Assembly (NCBI GenBank): GCA_030614005.1
Contig: JAUWKS010000002.1
Span: 137,888 to 169,887 of the forward strand
Length of the DNA stretch: 32,000 nucleotides
Reading direction: 5' to 3'
From: Candidatus Heimdallarchaeota archaeon
GTDB taxonomy: Archaea > Asgardarchaeota > Heimdallarchaeia > JABLTI01
In this document: positions 25,804-32,000 of the stretch, in pieces
Numbering within the stretch: the stretch's first letter is position 1
How the letters are laid out: every line of letters begins with the position of its first letter
Translations under genes and position numbers: made by a program
Notes under the pieces: generated by a model
What the model was told of the DNA's origin: nothing
Databases searched by the model: none
Seen by the model: only the letters and a program-made list of their open reading frames with translations

Positions 25804-27375
25804 TTAAATGTAGAATGAATGACTACCCCAATATGTCAGTGTAGTCATTTCTGATTCATCTTCATGAAGTTCGTCATTAAAATATTCCTCGATGTCGTCT
25901 CCAATAAAGGTAACACTGTATGGATAATATAACTTTAAATTGGTAAAGAACCATTCAGCTTCACAAGCATGATACCATGAATGATTATATTGCCAATAAG
26001 CATACTTGTAGTACGAAGGTTGTTCATCTGGTGTCCAAGCCATTTGATACCCCTTAGGGATATAATACCATATTTCTAAATGATTGTTATGTTGATTAGA
26101 ATTCCAACTACCCATCGTGTATCCTCGACAACAATCAAGCCAAAGAAAAACATAAGTACCATCATTAGTAATTGCACTGACTTTAGTTTTATGTTCTCCT
26201 GCTCTTATGACATTTGTCCATCCAAATATACCATTATGTGATTCAGAAGTTATTGTAACATGATATCCCCATTGAAAGCTGCCATGGCAATGTACAAATA
26301 CAATTAATTTATCACGATTGCCTAAGAGATTATCCGCTTCATCATACATTGCTTCTAAGAAGCCGTCATCTGTTTTAGCACAAGTTCTGGTTGGCAGATT
26401 TATCTCTGAGCCATCCATACAATACATAACACTATACCCATAATCATAAATTCCATTTGGATGTCTACATACACTACTTGGGTGTTCTCCAAAAATAAAG
26501 AGATAACCACCATGAACAAAAAATCGATAATCATTTAAATAAATTGTTTCGTAAGCTTCCGTAGCAAAGACAATTGCCCATTGATCATTTGGGCCTGTGT
26601 CTGTGGTTGTGTATGAAGACCATGACTTAACTTTTTGTTCAAGTCCAAGCTCAAATGCAGTATCTCTATTCTCAGTACCAATTTCATGATTCACCCCTCT
26701 GATAACAACAACAATATCGCTGCTACCATCAAAGAAAGGATGAAGTAACGTTTGGAATCTAATATCATTAAAGGTGATTTCAAATTTATTAAGAATGTTA
26801 ATATTTGGAACATAATCAGGGATAGTAACTAAAGTACCATTGATTTCTTCAGTAATATTTCTTTCATAACCATATGATATCCCATCAATTTTCTTTATCT
26901 TCAAATACCAAATTCTTTCTTCAGCTCGTACATATTCATTGGCAGAAAAACCAATTTCCAAGAGATTCCATTTCATATTCAGTCTATTTATGGAAAGAGA
27001 ATCTGAGTGAATCGCCAGACAATCTATACTCTTTGTAGGATAAAGGTCTCTTCCATTCCATAAAGAGATTTCCTTAGTCGGATGAGAAGCGTCCAATAGA
27101 TCATAGCTTGGTGTTTTATATCCAATAGATAGATCTAAATTGTTAGTATTGTTGCAGTCAATATCAATTTCCACTGAAGCAGTAGAAAGCTCATTTTTAG
27201 TAAAATAAGTTTGCGTATCGAAGACTTTTGCTGTCCCTTCGACGATTCCAGGAATTTTAGTATTGGAATAATAATCTGGCAGGATTTGAAAACCTGCGAA
27301 TAGCATTGTTCCAAATGCTCCTAAAACAATCACAATTGTCATCATAACAAGACTATTTTTTATCCTTTTATCCAT
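25804..27375 (-). CDS. Membrane-anchored/exported protein with a C-terminal caspase-hemoglobinase-fold (clan CD) peptidase domain
   Basis: N-terminal signal/TM helix; QWAIVFA, DKLIVFVHCHG (His-Gly) and VFLWLDCCRG (D-x-C) in caspase/legumain order and context. Confidence 0.6.
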   Translation of the reverse strand: MDKRIKNSLVMMTIVIVLGAFGTMLFAGFQILPDYYSNTKIPGIVEGTAKVFDTQTYFTKNELSTASVEIDIDCNNTNNLDLSIGYKTPSYDLLDASHPTKEISLWNGRDLYPTKSIDCLAIHSDSLSINRLNMKWNLLEIGFSANEYVRAEERIWYLKIKKIDGISYGYERNITEEINGTLVTIPDYVPNINILNKFEITFNDIRFQTLLHPFFDGSSDIVVVIRGVNHEIGTENRDTAFELGLEQKVKSWSSYTTTDTGPNDQWAIVFATEAYETIYLNDYRFFVHGGYLFIFGEHPSSVCRHPNGIYDYGYSVMYCMDGSEINLPTRTCAKTDDGFLEAMYDEADNLLGNRDKLIVFVHCHGSFQWGYHVTITSESHNGIFGWTNVIRAGEHKTKVSAITNDGTYVFLWLDCCRGYTMGSWNSNQHNNHLEIWYYIPKGYQMAWTPDEQPSYYKYAYWQYNHSWYHACEAEWFFTNLKLYYPYSVTFIGDDIEEYFNDELHEDESEMTTLTYWGSHSFYI

Positions 27376-27548
27376 AATCTATCTCTCCTTTCTCATAATA
27401 AAGAATGAATCATATAATTATTGGAAAGTATCCCTTTAAATTTTGTGTGAAAAAAATTATTGTCGGATGAAAAATGAATAAAATTTCATTTAACTAATTA
27501 GCTCTTTTTAAACATAATTCTCTAAGTGGTGGTTTGAGCTGTTGATAG

Positions 27549-28985
27549 ATGCGAGGAAAGAAAATTCTGATATTAATATTGATTCTATTGATACCCATTT
27601 TCAGTAGAATTACTGCAATAGAAAATATCAATAATACAACTATGAACGTAAATCTTGATTGGATTTTTGAATCTCAAGATTACTTTACCGCTTCTCCAAA
27701 TGTGTTAGATATTAATAGAGATAATCAGTTAGAAATTATAATTGGATCTGTTGACGGTATTTTGGTATGTTTAGATTCTACAGGAAACGTTATTTGGGAA
27801 TATGATGCAAAAGATGATATTCGTTCAACACCAGCTATTTGGGATATAAATAATGACAACGAATTGGAAATATTATTTGGTTGCGATGATAAAAAAATCC
27901 ATTGTCTAAATGAAGAAGGAAATTTACTATGGACTTTTGCAACAGAAAACTGCATCTTTTCTTCTCCTACAATTGCTGATATTGATTTGGATGGAGATTT
28001 TGAAATATTATTTGGTTCAACAGATAATAGACTCTATTGTTTAACTGCCGAAGGTGAACTAAATTGGTCTTATAAAACCGGTGATTGGATTTTTTCATCT
28101 CCGGCAATCGCTAATCTCAACTCTGATAAAAAACTGGAAATAATTTTCGGTTCAGATGATAACAAAATCCATTGTTTGAATTATCTGGGAAAAGAATTGT
28201 GGTCATACAATACTTGGAGAAATGTTCGTTCTTCACCTGCTATTGGTGATTTAGATAGTGACGGTGATTTGGAAATAATTGTAGGCTCTGAAAATAGTAA
28301 CATTATTTGTTTAAACCAAAACGGAGAAAAAATCTGGTCATATAAAACCGATGGATGGGTGTTCTCTTGCCCAGCACTTAGTGATTTAAATAATGATGGT
28401 TATTTAGAGGTTGTAATCGGTTCGTACGATAAAAAAATCCATTGTCTAAACTATGATGGTTCTCTAAGTTGGAGCTTTCTTACCGGAGATATGATAGTCA
28501 CATCTCCCTCGATTGCTGACCTCGATAATAATGGCTTTAACGAAATCATTATTGGTTCAAATGATAAAAAACTCTATTGTTTAGATTATCAAGGAAATAT
28601 TCTCTGGTCATTCTTAACAGGTGATATGATTTTCTCAGCTCCATTAATTACAGATATAAATAATGATAATATTGCTGAAATAATTATCAGCTCAACTGAC
28701 AATTCAACCTACTGCTTACAACCAACTGATGTTACTGAATCAGGCAACATTCCTTGGTATTGTTTCAGAGGTTCAATTCTACATACCGGGTGGATGGATT
28801 CTGACAATGATTTCATAGATGATCTTACTGAAAGCTATCTTAATGATCCCGATTATCCTCTTACGAACAACAGCTTCCCCTCATTTGACTTGTCAAATAA
28901 GAATTCAATAATAATAGTAACTCTGGTATCCATAACACTAATATCTATACTTCGAACGAAGAGAAAAAGAAAACGCTTCGTTTAA
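27549..28985 (+). CDS. Secreted FG-GAP/PQQ-like beta-propeller repeat protein with a C-terminal membrane anchor
   Basis: Signal peptide; eight ~45-aa repeats W.(Y/F).T...I.SSPAI.D(L/I)..D...EII.GS.D..I.CL...G; C-terminal TM helix plus basic tail. Confidence 0.88.
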   Translation: MRGKKILILILILLIPIFSRITAIENINNTTMNVNLDWIFESQDYFTASPNVLDINRDNQLEIIIGSVDGILVCLDSTGNVIWEYDAKDDIRSTPAIWDINNDNELEILFGCDDKKIHCLNEEGNLLWTFATENCIFSSPTIADIDLDGDFEILFGSTDNRLYCLTAEGELNWSYKTGDWIFSSPAIANLNSDKKLEIIFGSDDNKIHCLNYLGKELWSYNTWRNVRSSPAIGDLDSDGDLEIIVGSENSNIICLNQNGEKIWSYKTDGWVFSCPALSDLNNDGYLEVVIGSYDKKIHCLNYDGSLSWSFLTGDMIVTSPSIADLDNNGFNEIIIGSNDKKLYCLDYQGNILWSFLTGDMIFSAPLITDINNDNIAEIIISSTDNSTYCLQPTDVTESGNIPWYCFRGSILHTGWMDSDNDFIDDLTESYLNDPDYPLTNNSFPSFDLSNKNSIIIVTLVSITLISILRTKRKRKRFV

Positions 28986-29215
28986 TAACATAAGTTAATG
29001 CTTGCAGCGACACCGATGTACAAAAAAATTTCAATAATAGAAAATGCTTTCATATTCCAAATTCTAAGAATCCATTTTTAATATTTGTCCATTCATGTGA
29101 AGTAAAACAAGGGATTGGAAATTTTCAGCAGATATTTTTTGTCCCTCGACGAAATTGGTCTTTTTGAAAAATGGTTAAATAATATCATCACTTTCGTTAT
29201 TCTGATTACTTCTCT

Positions 29216-30901
29216 TTGGAGAGAGAAAATCAGAGAAAGAGAACAAGGTGTAATATTTTGAAACATACGAAAGGAAAGAAATTTGGGCTTATGATATTTA
29301 TGCTTGCAATTTTCGCGTTAATACCCATTACTTCAGTCATTGCTGAAGCAGTTAAAATGGGCGACCCGACAATTGAATATGTATCTTCTCAGTTACGGGT
29401 ACCTGAAGATATGCAAAAATTACCCGCTAATGATACTGTGACAGATGCAGTATTTTATCTCGATGTCGTCTTGCAAGCGACAAAACGGATGGCAGCAAAT
29501 GTGAATGGAACGCTTTCATTCAAAGATGACTTACGTGATTACGGAATGGCAAATGGTCATCAATTAAATAGAAATTTATCCATTACAAATGATTTTAGTA
29601 TTTGGGCAGATATGAACTCCAAAGAATCAAAAACAACTACTGCACCATTTGTTATAAAAGGGTTGAATAGTGTACCCGAAAAAATAACTTTTAGGTTGGA
29701 ATTATCAACAATCAATCCAAATGATGGAAAGGAATATAGTAAGACAATAGAGTTTGATGTAACGACTTTTCAAACTGAAATTGATATTATCAGAATTTCG
29801 GACCCATGGGATAATTACAAAGGATATCACGTTCCAATAAGTATTTTTATTAAAAACGTAGGAAGCTTTTCTACATTTGGTTATTTATATATACAAGTGA
29901 AAATCAAATCAATTGAAGCAGGAGAAACAGGTGATAAGTATGATAATTTTATCTCTGGTCAAACACGCGCTTTAGAACTAACAGATATCAAATCATTTAT
30001 TGCAATAATTCAACCGTTAGAGACTGAACATATACAGTTTAATATTGATTTTTCAGACTACTCAAATGGTGCAATGAATATTGGTGAATGGAAAATTACC
30101 CATGTATACGTTAATGCTGTAAATGCGTATGATACTGTAGATGAAGACGACTCTGATTTCAATCAACATATAACTAATCCATATTATAGAATACTTAAAA
30201 GACCAAAAAGTATGCAACCACATCCAGTATTCGTATATTACATGTGGAATTCAGGAGGATCAGGAGACGATTGGGGTGGAACAAATCCTCTGCCATGGAT
30301 CATTGATGGGAATGGTGACGGTTCTGTTTCTGCAGGTTTGTGGCGATTTAATACCTATGATAGTAATATACCCGTTCGATTCAATATGATCATCTGTGTT
30401 GATGATTCAACATGGGATATTCCCTCAACGCTTTCTGATAGTCGAAATATTTTAACCAATGGAAAGAATCATGTAGCGAACGTTTTAAACATGGTTGGAA
30501 CTACTTGGATAAGAAGTTCCTCTTACTTAAAAAGACGAAATTGCGGGTTCGATATTCTATTAATGGCAGCTGGAAGGAGTGCTACATATGCCGCTGGATT
30601 AGGACCTGAAAATAGCGCTATTGTTTGCAAGTCAGGTCCTGCAACCCTAAATATTGATTGGAAAAAAAATATTGATGGTTTAGCTCAACATGAAGTTTCG
30701 CATCTTTTTGGTTGCTTAGATTATAATCCGCCTGATGGTCATCCAAAGACTGATTGTATAATGTTTTACAATTGGTGGAAAAATTGCATCTATGAAGTTA
30801 GTTGGAATGCATTCAATAAAGTACAAACGCCTTATTGGTGTAATCACTGCCAAACCATATTTGATACTAATTGGGATAGATTTGATTTTTACTATTCATA
30901 A
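29216..30901 (+). CDS. Exported protein with a C-terminal metzincin-type zinc metallopeptidase domain
   Basis: Hydrophobic signal; HEVSHLFGCLD (HExxHxxGxxD) followed by a CIM Met-turn. Start codon uncertain (TTG). Confidence 0.75.
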   Translation: MERENQRKRTRCNILKHTKGKKFGLMIFMLAIFALIPITSVIAEAVKMGDPTIEYVSSQLRVPEDMQKLPANDTVTDAVFYLDVVLQATKRMAANVNGTLSFKDDLRDYGMANGHQLNRNLSITNDFSIWADMNSKESKTTTAPFVIKGLNSVPEKITFRLELSTINPNDGKEYSKTIEFDVTTFQTEIDIIRISDPWDNYKGYHVPISIFIKNVGSFSTFGYLYIQVKIKSIEAGETGDKYDNFISGQTRALELTDIKSFIAIIQPLETEHIQFNIDFSDYSNGAMNIGEWKITHVYVNAVNAYDTVDEDDSDFNQHITNPYYRILKRPKSMQPHPVFVYYMWNSGGSGDDWGGTNPLPWIIDGNGDGSVSAGLWRFNTYDSNIPVRFNMIICVDDSTWDIPSTLSDSRNILTNGKNHVANVLNMVGTTWIRSSSYLKRRNCGFDILLMAAGRSATYAAGLGPENSAIVCKSGPATLNIDWKKNIDGLAQHEVSHLFGCLDYNPPDGHPKTDCIMFYNWWKNCIYEVSWNAFNKVQTPYWCNHCQTIFDTNWDRFDFYYS

Positions 30902-30977
30902 AAAAAATTATTATTGTGGAATGAGTATGTAACTATCATATACTCATTCTACAATTACATATAGGAGGAAAATTATA

Positions 30978-31586
30978 ATGCTAAAAGAAAAAAGAACAAA
31001 ACATAAAAGTAAATCACAATTAACCAAGATTTTTTCTAATATAGGATTAATGTTTTTGATTATGAGTATACTGTTTGCCAATGTATCTCAAAGCTTAGGG
31101 AGTATGGATTATTATCCAGATAACAAATTAAGAATAAATGAGAAAATACACCAAGAATCTTTCATCGACAATGGATATTGGTCTTTAGGTACGTTTTTGC
31201 TTCCTAAAGGGTCTACAATCAAAGTGAACTATACAGTCCTTCTTCAATCAAATTCAAGCGTTTCATTTCGTTATTACTATGATGAGCGTAATGATACTGA
31301 CACTATTTGGTCCCCAATACCCCAGAATTGTATTCTTGCTCCCGGGGAATTTTTTGAAGGTACTTTTACTCTCCTCAGGGGTGTAACATCAAATCTTGCT
31401 GAAGTAGGTTTTGATGCTATAGTTACAGATGGATTAACCAATGCCACTGTTCATTGGTGGTATGAAGTACTTGTGACGGGTAAAACTCCTGCTGCCGGTT
31501 TTCTTGTTCTAAGTGGTACGCTAATCCTATTTTCATTAGGAGTAATTATTCGCTCAAAAAGAAAAACTATTGAAAATAGCGGGTAG
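30978..31586 (+). CDS. Exported hypothetical protein with a C-terminal TM anchor
   Basis: N-terminal signal helix; C-terminal TPAAGFLVLSGTLILFSLGVII plus basic tail. Confidence 0.75.
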   Translation: MLKEKRTKHKSKSQLTKIFSNIGLMFLIMSILFANVSQSLGSMDYYPDNKLRINEKIHQESFIDNGYWSLGTFLLPKGSTIKVNYTVLLQSNSSVSFRYYYDERNDTDTIWSPIPQNCILAPGEFFEGTFTLLRGVTSNLAEVGFDAIVTDGLTNATVHWWYEVLVTGKTPAAGFLVLSGTLILFSLGVIIRSKRKTIENSG

Positions 31587-31746
31587 TTTTTCTTCTACAT
31601 TTTTTTCTTCTTTAACATCGCTTTCCTTTATCTTTTAAAACCTCTATTATTTACTTATTTCATTATGTATATTTTTTTCGTTCCTCTGTCCTTTTATACT
31701 CCTCTTTTCATTTCTTAGTAATTATTGACTTATTAAACCAAAACCT

Positions 31747-32000
31747 ATGGAGGTCTATCCGATAACTGCAAAAAATGATTGGAAGCAAAAACAAGCTGAT
31801 CTCAAAGAGCAGATAACAGATGCTATTGACGAACTTGCCAACCTCACAGAAAAAGCTCGTATCTCAGAGGAAATGCAAAAACACCTGCAATTGATGTCCA
31901 AGTTCCACAAATACTCCTACCATAACATTCTGTTAATTCTTTGTCAGCAACCGAACGCTTCCCTTGTTGCTGGATACACCCCTCAAAAAGTTGTCAGAAT
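31747..32000 (+). CDS. ArdC-like ssDNA-binding (DUF1738-type) N-terminal domain protein, partial
   Basis: Translated by hand: MEVYPITAKNDWKQKQADLKEQITDAIDELANL...MSKFHKYSYHNILLILCQQPNASLVAGY..., open to the window end. FHxYSxxNxLLIxxQxPxAxxVAGY is the ArdC-N signature. Confidence 0.75.
   Translation, partial: MEVYPITAKNDWKQKQADLKEQITDAIDELANLTEKARISEEMQKHLQLMSKFHKYSYHNILLILCQQPNASLVAGYTPQKVVR

Noticed and set aside
31587-31740. Pyrimidine-rich tract as ncRNA or repeat
   Set aside because: Low-complexity T/C run with no stable stems; at most an oligo-T terminator region.
1-32000. CRISPR array to accompany cas1, tnpB or cas7
   Set aside because: No run of three or more equal 23-47-bp repeats with unique spacers was seen by eye; the regular periodicity at 27650-28720 is a protein repeat.

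Overview
AT-rich, probably archaeal DNA. An Asgard/Heimdallarchaeia-type origin is inferred from gene content, not proven. The main result is an 11,141-bp element at 3028-14168 bounded by perfect 18-bp terminal inverted repeats (TATGGACAAATAGGACAT ... ATGTCCTATTTGTCCATA). It splits a host membrane-protein gene whose two halves can be rejoined in frame. The element encodes four proteins: a TnpB/Cas12f-like RNA-guided nuclease with an apparent omegaRNA scaffold running up to the left TIR; a stand-alone double-LAGLIDADG + HTH protein; a 1392-aa protein with a degenerate helicase-like N-terminus, Zn fingers, a Cas1 domain with intact-looking catalytic residues and a wHTH; and a DEAH helicase-DUF1998-metallophosphoesterase fusion. 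No PolB, DDE transposase, TnpA or recombinase is recognisable, so it looks like a polymerase-free, Cas1-mobilised (casposon-like) transposon carrying TnpB. About 3.4 kb further on is a second, array-less CRISPR-derived module: Csm3-like Cas7 plus a Cas5-like RAMP fused to a Zn ribbon and a Cas10-type permuted HD nuclease. It lies next to an unannotated AbrB-type regulator, a GC-rich structured intergenic segment, a 540-aa unknown and a membrane-anchored HerA/VirB4-like ATPase. The rest is host-type: small membrane and Zn-ribbon proteins, an alpha/beta hydrolase, exported proteins (caspase-fold peptidase, FG-GAP propeller, metzincin) and a partial ArdC-like gene at the right edge. No CRISPR array, rRNA or tRNA was seen.
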